In this document: piece by piece, positions 9,667-21,637 of the stretch
Layout of the letters: the number at the start of each line of letters is the position of its first letter
Numbering within the stretch: the stretch's first letter is position 1
Source: Octopus sinensis
Lineage: Eukaryota
Assembly: GCF_006345805.1 (NCBI RefSeq)
Contig: NW_021834094.1
Location: 1 to 27,053, forward strand
DNA length: 27,053 nt
Direction of reading: 5' to 3'
Notes under the pieces: model-generated
Databases searched by the model: none
Told to the model about the DNA's origin: nothing
What the model saw: the letters and a program-made list of their open reading frames with translations, nothing else
Position numbers and translations under genes: made by a program

Positions 9667-9696
9667 TTTACAGACGATATATATATCGTCTGTAAA
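9667..9696. repeat. Perfect 30-bp palindrome centred on (AT)n
   Basis: tttacagacgatatatatatcgtctgtaaa is self-complementary at all 15 pairs. Confidence 0.95.
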
Positions 9697-10014
9697 TATA
9701 TATATATATACACAAACACACACATGTGTATATATATATATGTATATATATATATAAAAAGGCAACTGTGAAATATTTTTATTATTATTTATATAACCAA
9801 ACGCAACGCATTACTTCTAGTCTTCTCTGACTTTCTTGCTCTGTGTGTGTGTGTGTGTGTCTGTCTGTGTGTCTGTGTGTGTGTGTGTGTGTGAGCGCGC
9901 ACTCGTTCGTGTGTGCGTGTGTGTGTGTGCTATAGCCTTTATGTTTTCCTTATATGTTCATCATATGGCGTTCAGAAGTAAGTTACCTGTATTAACTTTA
10001 CCACATCGTCTACA

Positions 10015-10146
10015 AACTACTACCAGCATCGCAAGCGTACCACCACCACTACCACACCACACCACACTGCAAATAACATACCTTCACCATCACCACCACC
10101 ACCACCAACAACAACAACACTATCGCCACCACCGCCACCACCACCA
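10015..10146. repeat. Degenerate (CAC)n/(CAA)n trinucleotide repeat
   Basis: Directly visible. Confidence 0.85.
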
Positions 10147-11076
10147 TTAACGCACTACCACTATCTCCCGCTCTAGCTACTGACAAACTGCCGCTATACT
10201 TACTCGCATTACAACAAGCCTTCCTCTGCTAATATACTAACAGCTGTTACCAAAAAAAAAAAAAAAAAAAAAAAAACTAAAAGAACAAACTAATAAACAT
10301 ACGAAAAAAAATAAAACCAAACAAATACCAATAATAAATAACAAGAACTACGACCATAACTGCAAAACAAGCAGAGAGAGCCGTGTGCGATGCACGGATG
10401 CCACCTACTGTCTAAATGGATTTATCTCCCTCTAATTTATGTATTTATTTATTCTTTCCACCTGGTCATCTTTCTGCTCCCTTCTCCTTTCCTTCACCCT
10501 GTCTAAGTACGCGCGTGCGTACGTGTGTGTCTGTGTGAACGCACCTAATTTCTTCCTTCTTTCTCTTCATCTCTCACTGTTTTTCCTGAATATCCTTTGC
10601 TGACTTGTATCAAAAATTTATACGCTGTGCTTTCAGTCGATATCTATTTCACCTCTCGCCAGATGTTGGCTAATTAACACTTTACAAACAACTCTACGAT
10701 TCAGGTCAGGATTTACTACTCTGCTAATATCTTAAATCCTTAGTCCAACAGACCAATAATGAAGCGCCCCGCCGAGTCATTGACTTCATTCTAAATTGAC
10801 TCACTAATAAGACTTTTTAAAATATATGCTATATGTGAGATAATGGATTAAGAATTTAGTCTTGAAATGGGCCAATTCTTACAAAAACGGGTACTTTTTA
10901 GTTATCTCACCACACCCCCTTTAAAAAATTGGGTTATCTGCCCCCGTTTTACGAGACATATCGGTACTTTTGGTTCTCTCCCTCAACTAAAAATATTGTT
11001 TAACCCTCAATAAAATAAAAGAATGAAAAAAGTTAATAAATATGAAAACTGAAAAAAATTAAACAACTTATTGAAT

Positions 11077-11276
11077 CTCTTTTACTCTTTTACTTGTTTC
11101 AGTCATTTGACTGCGGTCATGCTGGAGCACCGCAGGGTTTATTCTTTGGAAGCCTAGTACTTATTCTACCGGTCTCTTTTGCCGAACCGCTATGTTACGG
11201 GGACGTAAACACACCAGCATCGGTTGTCAAGTGATGTTGGGGCGACAAACACAGATACACAAACACACACAGACAC

Positions 11277-11373
<97 letters not shown>

Positions 11374-11536
11374 GACGGGCTTCCTTCAGTTTCCGACTAC
11401 CAAATCCACTCACAAGGCATTGGTAGGCTCGAGACTATAGTAGAAGACACTTGCCCAAGATGCCACGCAGTGGGACTGAACCCGGAACCATGTGGTTGGT
11501 AAGCAAGCTACTAACCACACAGCCACTCCTGCGCCT
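11077..11536 (-). mobile_element. tRNA-derived SINE family D with internal (TA)n(TG)n microsatellite
   Basis: Minus-strand head aggcgcaggagtggctgtgtggttagtagcttg with B box gggttcagtccc, then cttgggcaag, internal microsatellite (about 11249-11371) and tail gactgaaacaagtaaaagag. Colinear with the 13777 copy. Confidence 0.92.
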
Positions 11537-11724
11537 ATGGAAAAGGCAGACGAAATACCGCTAACATTTCTATCAACTCACACATTCACACACAGAGAAA
11601 CATGCACGAGCATACACTTACACATAAAACATAAAAGATGCATAGATCAAAAGAACTCGGTCATAAGTGACTGAGATCAAAACATTCCCACTGAACGGGA
11701 GCCCGCTGCGTTGCAGGGTTCGAC

Positions 11725-12224
11725 AATTATAAGGGGAGGAGACAGGTCGATTGCATTAACCCTGTATTTCACTGGCAGCTTATTTTATCGATCCAGTAGA
11801 GATGAAAGTGCATATGCGCTGGGACCACATATGAGCTTGTATTCCCATAGAACCTCCGAGCATGACCTCTACACCTCAAAACGAATGAAGACTACGGCAT
11901 CCACGCTATCCGACGCGTGGGGCAAGCATTTGTGAGGTACGTGGTGAACTCCTTGGTTGGCGTTCAGCACGTCCCTCAAAATAGAACCTCCGAGCATGAC
12001 CTCTACACCTCAACAACGAATGAAGACTACGGCTCCGGCATCTACGCTACCCAACGCGCTTGCTCTCTCAGTGAGGCAAGCATTCGTGAGGTACGTGGTG
12101 AAGTCATTGGTCAGAGTTCACCACATCCCTCAATATATTGGATTTGAACTCCAAAAGTAAAGAACCGGAAGAAATGTCGCTGAGCATCTTGTCCAACGTG
12201 CTAACGACTCTACCAGCTCACCGC
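11725..12224 (-). mobile_element. Old SINE family C copy split by a ~330-bp insertion
   Basis: 11725-11812 ('gtcgattgcattaaccc...actgg..cttattttatcgatcc...gatgaaag') and 12140-12224 ('gatttgaactc...gctaacgactctaccagctcaccgc') match successive parts of the copies at 13388 and 21503. Confidence 0.6.
11847..12133. repeat. Two-unit tandem repeat (134 and 153 bp), each unit ending in a long hairpin
   Basis: Units start atagaacctccgagcatgacctctacacctcaa at 11847 and 11981. Hairpins: 11933-11978 (17/20 pairs) and 12087-12132 (14/16 pairs). Confidence 0.9.
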
Positions 12225-12499
12225 TAATTGTTGCTACACGTACCATGGTAAATACAGAACTAGAAGATCATGAAAAACCACTGTGGTTGGTCCTGCACTC
12301 AGTGCTTTAAACACCTGCTTATTTTGCCTGACTAGGATACTATCTTGTTTTTAAGATAAACGTGTAAGATTTTCTGAAATATTTCTACAACATACCGCAG
12401 CGATGAATATTGATATATTTGTTTACACCGAATCGAGGTTTATCGCTAAGTATAGTATACTTGTTAACATATCTTAACAAATAACACATTGCTTCAACT

Positions 12500-12819
<320 letters not shown>

Positions 12820-13387
12820 TTTAATAAAATGCAGAAAGCTCATAATGTATTTTATGTGTTATAAACCATATATGTATTTCAGCAAATTACCGCTTGGATC
12901 ATGTAATTGCTTGTTGAAACATTATATAAACTTGATAATTCAACTTGTCAGTGTACCGTACTGGATACAGGGGTGGAGTGTGGGACCTACTACTGAATTC
13001 GAATTTTGTTTATTTGTCCTTTACACCGCTCTCTCTCTCTCACACATGTACACACGCACACACACAGACATATACACATACATACATGTACGCCACGTAT
13101 ATGTGTAAGTATTCGTATGTATTTGAGAGAGACCAATTCGCGGAGTTGTTAAAGGTTTGAATAGAGGGCTTTGCGATATTTGTCCCTACTCACCCTACTT
13201 TGCGTTAAAATTCCATGGAGGGCGACACAATACTGCCTTTCCTACATCCAACGTCGGTAACAAAAGTACCAGGTAGGGTCGGAAGATTAATGCAATCGTT
13301 GTTAGAGCTCTAGACTGGCATTGCCCTATTGAAATCCATTTACATGTCAGCCGAACGGATTTTGATTCTCTGAAAAAGGTGTATACC

Positions 13388-13591
13388 TATTTCTTTATTA
13401 CCCACGAGGGGCTAAACATAGAGGGGACAAACAAGGACAGACATAGGTATTAAGTAGATTACATCGACCCCAGTACGTAACTGGTGCTTAATTTATCGAC
13501 CCCGAAAGGATGAAAGGCAAAGTCGACCTCGGCGGAATTTGAACTCACAACGTAACGGCAGACGAAATACGGCTACGCATTTCGCCCTTGT
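13388..13591 (-). mobile_element. 5'-truncated SINE family C with perfect 13-bp TSD
   Basis: Minus strand gagttcaaattccgccgaggtcgactttgcctttcatcctttcggggtcgataaattaagcaccag; TSD aaaggtgtatacc at 13375-13387 and 13592-13604. Confidence 0.92.
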
Positions 13592-13776
13592 AAAGGTGTA
13601 TACCAAGCGACCATAACACTACCGGACACCAAAAAAGAAAGGAATTATTCAGGTCTTTGATCTTCTCAAAAGCCGTTTTACATCTTAATATCCACTCAAT
13701 CTTATCAAAGATAAAAGAAAATTCATCATTTTTGTTACTATTCATTTTGGAAACTCGTGGGCAAAGGACTGACATG

Positions 13777-14184
13777 CTCTTTTAATCTTTTACTTGTTTC
13801 AGTCATTTGACTGCGGCCATGCTGGAACACCGCCTTTATTCGAGCAAATCGACCCTAGGACTTATTCTTTGGAAGCCTAGTACTTATTCTATCGGTCTCT
13901 TTTGCCGAACCGCTAAGTTACGGAGATGTAAACGCACCAGCATCGGTTGTCAAGCGATGTTGCGGGGGGAGGGGGCAAACACAGACACACAAACACACAC
14001 ACACACACACACATATATACATATACATATATACGACGGGCTTCTTTCAGTTTCCGTCTACCAAATCCACTCACAAGGCTTTGGTTGGCCCGAGGCTATA
14101 GTAGAAGGTGACATGCAGTGGGACTGAACCAGGAACCATGTGGTTGGTAAGCAAGTTACTTACCACACAGCCACTCCTGCGCCT
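13777..14184 (-). mobile_element. tRNA-derived SINE family D (near full length)
   Basis: Colinear with 11077-11536, with a shorter internal microsatellite and a small deletion removing acacttgcccaag. Confidence 0.92.
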
Positions 14185-14680
14185 AAAGCATGTCCACCAA
14201 AAGCATGAAACATCACTGATAGAAACACACCATACTTTAACTCCTCACGGAACTGTAGGCTTTACTTAACTGAGAAGATCCAGAACGTAAAACAACCTAT
14301 GATAGCATTTAATCAATGTTCGGAGATATTGTGCAGCTGCCTACACTAGAGAAAATTCTTCTTGAAAATTTCATAAACATCGGTTTTAATCAGTTCTATA
14401 CTGCCTCTTGGAGTAATTATCCTTGACAAGCAATAACTATAAACTGAGTCGCTTTCCCCTTGCATCACAAAAACGCAGAAAGCTTTGTAATCATCTTCAA
14501 GCAAATATCATACATATTTTTCGCATTTATTCGTAATGTAGTTTGACAGGTCAAACCCATATACCGCATGTGAAGATTTTGAGTGAATGACTGACTGTTT
14601 GCCAAAAAAATACAGATAGTATTTCACGTATTGATGTATTGCTTGCACTGTTTTCTATTTACGATCGAGAGCATAAACGC

Positions 14681-15372
14681 ATGTGTATGTACGAATGTAT
14701 GTATGTATGTATGTATGTATGTATGTATGTATGTATGTATGTATGTATGTATGTATGTATGCCATGTATGTATGTATGTATGTATGTATGCATGTATGTA
14801 TGTATGTATGTATGTATGTATGTATGTATGCATGTGTGTATGTATGTAGTATGTGTGTATGTATGTATGTGTGTATGTATGTATGTATGTATGTATGTAT
14901 GCATGTGGATGTATGTATGTATGCTGTATGATGTATGTATGTATGTAGTATGTATGTATGTATGTATGTATGTGTGTATGTATGTATGTATGTATGTATG
15001 CATGTATGTATGTATGTATGTATGTATGTATGTATGTATGTATGTATGCATGTATGTATGTGTGTAGTATGGTATGTATGTGTGTATGTATGTATGTATG
15101 TATGTATGTATGTATGTATGCATTTGTGTATGTATGTATGTATGTATGTATGCATGTATGTATGTGTGTATGTATGTATGTGTGTAGTATGTATGTATGT
15201 ATGTATGTATGTATGCATGTATGCATGTATGTATGTGTGTATATGTATGTATTTTTGTGTGTATGTATGTATGTATTGTGTATTGTATGTATGTATGTGT
15301 GTATGTATGTATGTATGTATGTATGTATGTATGTATGTATGCATGTATGTAGTATGTATGTATGTATGTATG

Positions 15373-15403
<31 letters not shown>

Positions 15404-18401
15404 TGTATGTATGCATGGTGTATGTATGTATGTAGTGTGTATGTATGTATGTATGTATGCATGTATGTATGTATGTATGTATGCATGTATGTATGTATGT
15501 ATGTATGTATGTATGTGTGTATGTATGTATGTATGTATGCATGTATGTTATGTGTGTATGTATGTATGTATGCATGTATGTATGTATGTATGTAGCATGT
15601 ATGTATGTATTGTATGTATGTATGTATGTATGTATGTATGTATGCATGTGTGTATGTATGTATGTATGTGTGTATGTATGTATGTATGTATGTATGTATG
15701 TATGTATGTGTGTATGTATGTATGTATGTATGTATGTATGTGTGTATGTATGTATGTATGTATGTATGCATGTGTGTATGGATGTATGTGTGTAGTATGT
15801 ATGGTGTATGTATGTATGTATGTATGTATGCATGTGTGTATGTATGTATGTATGCATGTATGTATGTATGTATGTATGTATGTATGTATGCATGTATGTA
15901 TGTGTGTATGTATGTATGTATGTATGTATGTATGTATGTATGCATGTGTGTATGTATGTATGTATGTGTGTATGTATGTATGTATGTATGTATGTATGTA
16001 TGTATGTGTGTATGTATGTATGTATGTGTGTATGTATGTATGTATGTATGTATGTATGTATGCATGTATGTATGTGTGTATGTATGTATGTATGTATGTA
16101 TGTATGTATGTATGCATGTGTGTATGTATGTATGTGTGTATGTATGTATGTGTGTATGTATGTATATATGTATGTATGTATGCATGTATGTATGTATGTA
16201 TGTATGTATGTATGTATGTATGTATGTATGTATGTATGTGTGTATGTATGTATGTATGTGTGTATGTATGTATGTATGTATGTATGTATGTATGATGCAT
16301 TTGTGTATGTAGTATGTATGTATGTATGTATGCATGTATGATGTGTGTATGTATGTATGTGTGTATGTATGTATGTTGTATGTATGTATGTATGCATGTA
16401 TGCAGGTATGTAGTGTGTATGTATGTATTTTTGTGTGTATGTATGTATGTATGTGTGTATGTATGTATGTATGTTGTATGTATGTATGTATGTATGTATT
16501 ATGTATGTATGCATGTGGATGTATGTATGTATGTATGTATGTATGTATGTATGTATGTATGTATGTATGCATGTGTGTATGTATGTATGTATGTGTGTAG
16601 TTATGTATGTATGTATGCATGTATGTATGTATGTATGTATGCATGTATGTATGTATGTATGTATGTATGTATGTATGTGTGTATGTATGTATGTATGTAT
16701 GCATGTATGTATGTGTGTATGTATGTATGTATGCATGTATGTATGTATGTATGTATGCATGTATGTATGTATGTATGTATGTGTGTATGTATGTATGTAT
16801 GTGTGTATGTATGTATGTATGTATGTATGTATGTATGTATGTATGCATTTGTGTATGTATGTATGTATGTATGTATGCATGTATGTATGTGTGTATGTAT
16901 GTATGTGTGTATGTATGTATGTATGTATGTATGTATGTATGCATGTATGCATGTATGTATGTGTGTATGTATGTATTTTTGTGTGTATGTATGTATGTAT
17001 GTGTGTATGTATGTATGTATGTGTGTATGTATGTATGTATGTATGTATGTATGTATGTATGTATGCATGTATGTATGTATGTATGTATGTATGTATGTAT
17101 GTATGTATGTATGTATGTATGTATGTATGCATGTGTGTATGTATGTATGTATGTGTGTATGTATGTATGTATGTATGCATGTATGTATGTATGTATGCAT
17201 GTATGTATGTATGTATGTATGTATGTATGTATGTATGTGTGTATGTATGTATGTATGTATGCATGTATGTATGTGTGTATGTATGTATGTATGCATGTAT
17301 GTATGTATGTATGTATGCATGTATGTATGTATTGTATGTATGTATGTATGTATGTATGTATGTATGCATGTGTGTATGTATGTATGTATGTGTGTATGTA
17401 TGTATGTATGTATGTATGTATGTATGTGTGTATGTATGTATGTATGTATGTATGTATGTGTGTATGTAGTATGTATGTATGTATGTATGCATGTGTGTAT
17501 GTATGTATGTGTGTATGTATGTATGTGTGTATGTATGTATGTATGTATGTATGCATGTGTGTATGTATGTATGTATGCATGTATGTATGTATGTATGTAT
17601 GTATGTATGTATGCATGTATGTATGTGTGTATGTATGTATGTATGTATGTATGTATGAATGTGTGTATGTATGTATGTATGTGTGTATGTATGTATGTAT
17701 GTATGTATGTATGCATGTATGTATGTGGGTATGTATGTATGTATGTGTGTATGTATGTATGTATGTATGTATGTATGTATGTATGCATGTATGTATGTGT
17801 GTATGTATGTATGTATGTATGTATGTATGATGCATGTGTGTATGTATGTATGTGTGTTGTATGTATGTGTGTATGTATGTATCTATGATGTATGTATGCA
17901 TGTGTGTATGTATGTATGTATGTATGTATGTATGTATGTATGTATGTATGTATGTATGTGGTTGTATGTATGTATGTAGGAGGTATATGTATGTGTGTAG
18001 TATGTATGTATGTATGTGTGTATGTATGTATGTATGAATGTATGTATGTATGTATGTATGTATGTATGTGTGTATGTATGTATGTATGTATGTATGTGTG
18101 TATGTATGTATGTATGCATGTATGTATGTATGTATGCATGTGTGTATGTATGTATGTATGTGTGTATGTATGTATGTGTGTATGTATGTATGTATGTATG
18201 TATGTATGTATGCATGTGTGTATGTATGTATGTATGCATGTATGTATGTATGTATGTATTATGTATGTATGTATGTATGTGTGTATGTATGTATGTATGT
18301 ATGTGTGTATGTATGTATGTACGTATGTATGTATGTATGTATGTATGTGTGTATGTATATATGTATGTATGTATGTGTGTATGTATGTATGCATGTATGT
18401 A
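14681..18401. repeat. ~3.7-kb (TATG)n array with TGTG/CATG variants and higher-order duplication
   Basis: Directly visible. Rare variant markers recur at about 1.72-kb spacing (15121/16846, 15251/16975, 15609/17331). Confidence 0.99.
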
Positions 18402-18972
18402 CATCATTATTCAGTTATATTTCAAGATTTCTTGGCAATAAAGTGCCGGTTTCTAACCTAGATCCAAGTCGCCTTCATTGGAATTTCAGCATCATCAGCA
18501 GGGTATTTTTCTATGTATGTATATATGTATGTATGTATGTATGTATTTATGTATTGTATGTATATGTGCAGATTTGTATGTTTTATGTATGTATACTCAT
18601 GCATATAGTTACTTATCTACACATGATCATATATATTCAAATGATAAACTTCTGGAAAGTTTTACAGACTTTTACAGTACCAATGAGGAATTGGATCTGT
18701 AGTCTTCGAATCAACTTTCTCCTTTCTGGTTTTGAGAAGCCTACTTTCTCAAAATTGGTATCCAGACAGTGCGTTACCCCAATATTTAAGGGTATAAACT
18801 TGAACTTGTAATCTGGATAGAGTAACTGAAGATTTCTCAATTCCGCATAAGTGTTCTCTTTTTCACTGATCTTCAGCTTTATGTTAACATCCGTTGGGCA
18901 GCTAATTTCTACAACTGTGCACAGTTTCTCTTCTCTATCCCAAATCATCACATCAGGTCTGTTGTGCTTACA
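18402..18972 (-). mobile_element. 3' end of a restriction-like-endonuclease non-LTR retrotransposon (R4/Dong-like), with 3' UTR
   Basis: In-frame CKHNRPDVMIWDREEKLCTVVEISCPTDVNIKLKISEKENTYAEL...IPLNIG to a stop at 18637. HNRPD...E/DxxxP...K...K..Y is the PD-(D/E)xK RLE signature. The UTR runs to the (CATA)n array. Confidence 0.85.
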
Positions 18973-19211
18973 TTATTTACTGTAAATAGCAGTCGATAAT
19001 ATACGACGCTATAGTAAAGCTTCACAGATAGCAGCACGGAGGGAACTATTAGAGAGGAAAGGAGAGAGAGAGGGGGACGAAAGGGAGAGAAAGGAAGAGA
19101 AATAACAAATAGACGTCGCATGGAAATATAAATCCACTTACATGCATACCTGTATACGAACATACATAAGCATTTACACATACATTATACATACAATATA
19201 TATATATATCT

Positions 19212-19352
19212 TTCAAATTCCACCGTGGTCGACTTTGCTTTTCATCTTTTCGGTGGTTGATAAATTAAGTACCAGTTGCGTACTGGGGTCGATCTAATCG
19301 ATTGGTCACCTTCCCAAAACTTTTAGGCCTTGTGCCTAGAGTAGAAAAGAAT
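19212..19352 (+). mobile_element. 5'-truncated SINE family C (alternative tail)
   Basis: ttcaaattccaccgtggtcgactttgcttttcatc...gataaattaagtaccagttgcgtactggggtcgat matches the 13388 copy; tail ggccttgtgcctagagtagaaaagaat. Confidence 0.85.
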
Positions 19353-19547
19353 GTGTGTGTGTGTAATAATATATATATATATAATTAATATATGTATGAT
19401 GTATACATATGTATACAATTAATATATATGTACCATATATATATACATATATCTATATATACACACACACACATATATATTATTACATGTATATATATAA
19501 TATATACATGTATAATATATATATATAATATATACATGTATAATATG

Positions 19548-19610
<63 letters not shown>
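19353..19610. repeat. (TA)n-rich microsatellite
   Basis: Directly visible. Confidence 0.95.
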
Positions 19611-19612
<2 letters not shown>

Positions 19613-19688
19613 AAAATATTAGGGAGTAAATCCAAACTTACAGGGAAAAATTAGATTTAGGATTAAATCTAATTTTATAGTATAAATA

Positions 19689-19947
19689 TATATTATATTA
19701 AATTAGACATAAAACCACTATTAGGCAAATCAAACAGTGAAAATCATAAGCCAATACATAAATAAGTTTAATTTATTAATTTAAATGATTTTTTAAAAGT
19801 TTTAACTTTAATTTAAATATTTTAATTGGATTTTTATATTTTATATTTTTTATATCTTTTAATTAATTATATTTCTATGTATTGGCTTATGATTTTCACT
19901 GTTTGATTTGCCTAATAGTGGTTTTATCTCTAATTTAATATGATATA
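19689..19947. repeat. 72-bp near-perfect inverted repeat with 115-bp AT-rich spacer
   Basis: Arms 19689-19760 and 19876-19947 are 70/72 complementary. Confidence 0.95.
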
Positions 19948-20299
19948 ATATAATATATATATATATATAATACATATGTATATTTATGTGTGTAAATATG
20001 TGTGGCTGTATGTATATATATCTAATATTTCTGGTTTCTTTGGAAACAATTCTCTGTTGGGAATAAGGCTAATGATGAATATGATAAAATTAGAAGTGTC
20101 CCATTAATCTGTGGTTCCATCTGGTAAATCCTACGTGAATAGAATATAAGTTCAGTTTGTCAGATAAACTCATGCATCACAAAATAATTTACTAATTGAA
20201 TCTTTAAAAACAAGTCGAACAGTCAACGTGACTCTACGTGTCTGGTCTCTGGCTTTGTGTTCGATGCAGCTCTGAGCCTGCGCACGTGTCTGTGTATAC

Positions 20300-20337
<38 letters not shown>

Positions 20338-20435
20338 TTGTGTTCATACTTATAGATACATACATACATACACACATACATATGTACGTACGTACATACG
20401 TAGATACAGACATACGTGCGTACATACAGAAAGGA

Positions 20436-20758
20436 GCACTCGGTCGGTTGCGACGACGCGGGTCCCAGCTGATACAATCAAAGGAACAGCCTGCTCGTGA
20501 AATTAACGTGCAAGTGGCCGAGCACTCCACAGAAATGTGTACTCTTAACGTAGTTCTCAGAGATATTCAGCGTGACACAGAGTGTGACAAGACTGGCCCT
20601 TTGAAATACAGGTGCTACTCATTTTTGCCAGCTGAGTGGACTGGAGCAACGTGAAATAAAGTGTCTTGCTCAAAGACACAACGCGTTGCCAGGAATTGAA
20701 CTCACGACCTTACGATCGTAAGCCGAATGCCCCTAACCACTAAGCTACGTGCCTTCAC
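20436..20758 (-). mobile_element. tRNA-derived SINE, family A (full length)
   Basis: Colinear with the 2691 and 6021 copies; head gtgaaggcacgtagcttagtggttagggg with B box gagttcaattcc. Confidence 0.92.
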
Positions 20759-20857
20759 ATACATACATACATACATACATACATACATACATACATCCAT
20801 CCATCCATACATACATACATACATCCATACATACATACATACATACATACATACATA
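20757..20857. repeat. (CATA)n microsatellite
   Basis: Directly visible. Confidence 0.97.
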
Positions 20858-21502
20858 CTCAAAACACTTTTAGTTTTATACCCATTTCATACCCAACGGG
20901 ATACATACCAACCCAGTACGGCTGAACTTGGGGAGAGAACCGTCAAAGAATCTAACATAAATGACTTTGCGAGAGGGCGTAGGAAAATAATTTATAATAG
21001 AGATAATGGATCGAGGCTGTCAAAAACTGAGAACAAGAGAACAAGACCCGTTATTTAACCACTAGACTGGTAAACAGACACCAAACACTAACCCTTAATT
21101 ATCGTGTTTTTGACCTTTTTTCCCATGTCAGGCTTCGATCGACCCAGTTTCATTCATGTTCGAGTCTCTTATTTCAAGTTTCGTATATTTCCCAATTCTC
21201 TTAGTTTATTTGAACTCAGTATATTGTTTTCTAACACACTTCTTTCAACATTCTTAACCGCTGTAACATCTACAAGATGCTACATGTCACATGTAGATTC
21301 ATGCCTTCTGCCTTCCCTTTTTTAAGAAAGAACATGGGAATTAAGTCCAATTAGGCCATATCTTTTTTTTTCTTTCACTTGCGAAACCAAGCAAATTTCA
21401 TTGGATGTCTTGGACTGAACTTACAGCTTCCATCAATGAACCACAAACGAATCCAGAGAAACAATATTTGGTAACACAATAGTGTTACTATAATGTTATA
21501 TG

Positions 21503-21637
21503 AAGGCGGTGAGCTAGCAGAATCGTTACTTCAAATGCTGCCGAGGTCGACTTCGCCCTTCATCGTTTTAAGTTCGACAGAATCGACTCACACCACCCCT
21601 GAAATTGCTGGCCTTGTGTCAAAATTTGAAACTATTA
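21503..21637 (+). mobile_element. Internally deleted SINE family C copy
   Basis: Head aaggcggtgagctagcagaatcgtta, then tcaaat..gccgaggtcgacttcgcccttcatc, and tail gaaattgctggccttgtgtcaaaatttgaaac. Confidence 0.7.

Noticed and set aside
11920-12133. HDV-like ribozyme (long hairpin followed by CGAA on the minus strand)
   Set aside because: No consistent P1/P1.1/P2/P3 nested pseudoknot could be built upstream.
11847-12133. CRISPR-like or LTR-like direct repeats
   Set aside because: There are only two adjacent long units, with no unique spacers, no cas genes and no TG..CA/PBS features, in a eukaryotic context.
13138-13275. Possible very old family C SINE on the plus strand
   Set aside because: Only patchy similarity (aaattcc...gac...gcctttc...aagtaccag); boundaries cannot be supported.
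18478-18505. CTGATGA-tgct-GAAA on the minus strand in the R4-like 3' UTR
   Set aside because: No stem II and at most 2 bp of stem I; likely chance.
14624-18811. Very long ORFs (up to 1080 aa) of HTYI/MYVC repeats on both strands
   Set aside because: (TATG)n has no stop codon in any frame, so these are translation artefacts of the microsatellite.
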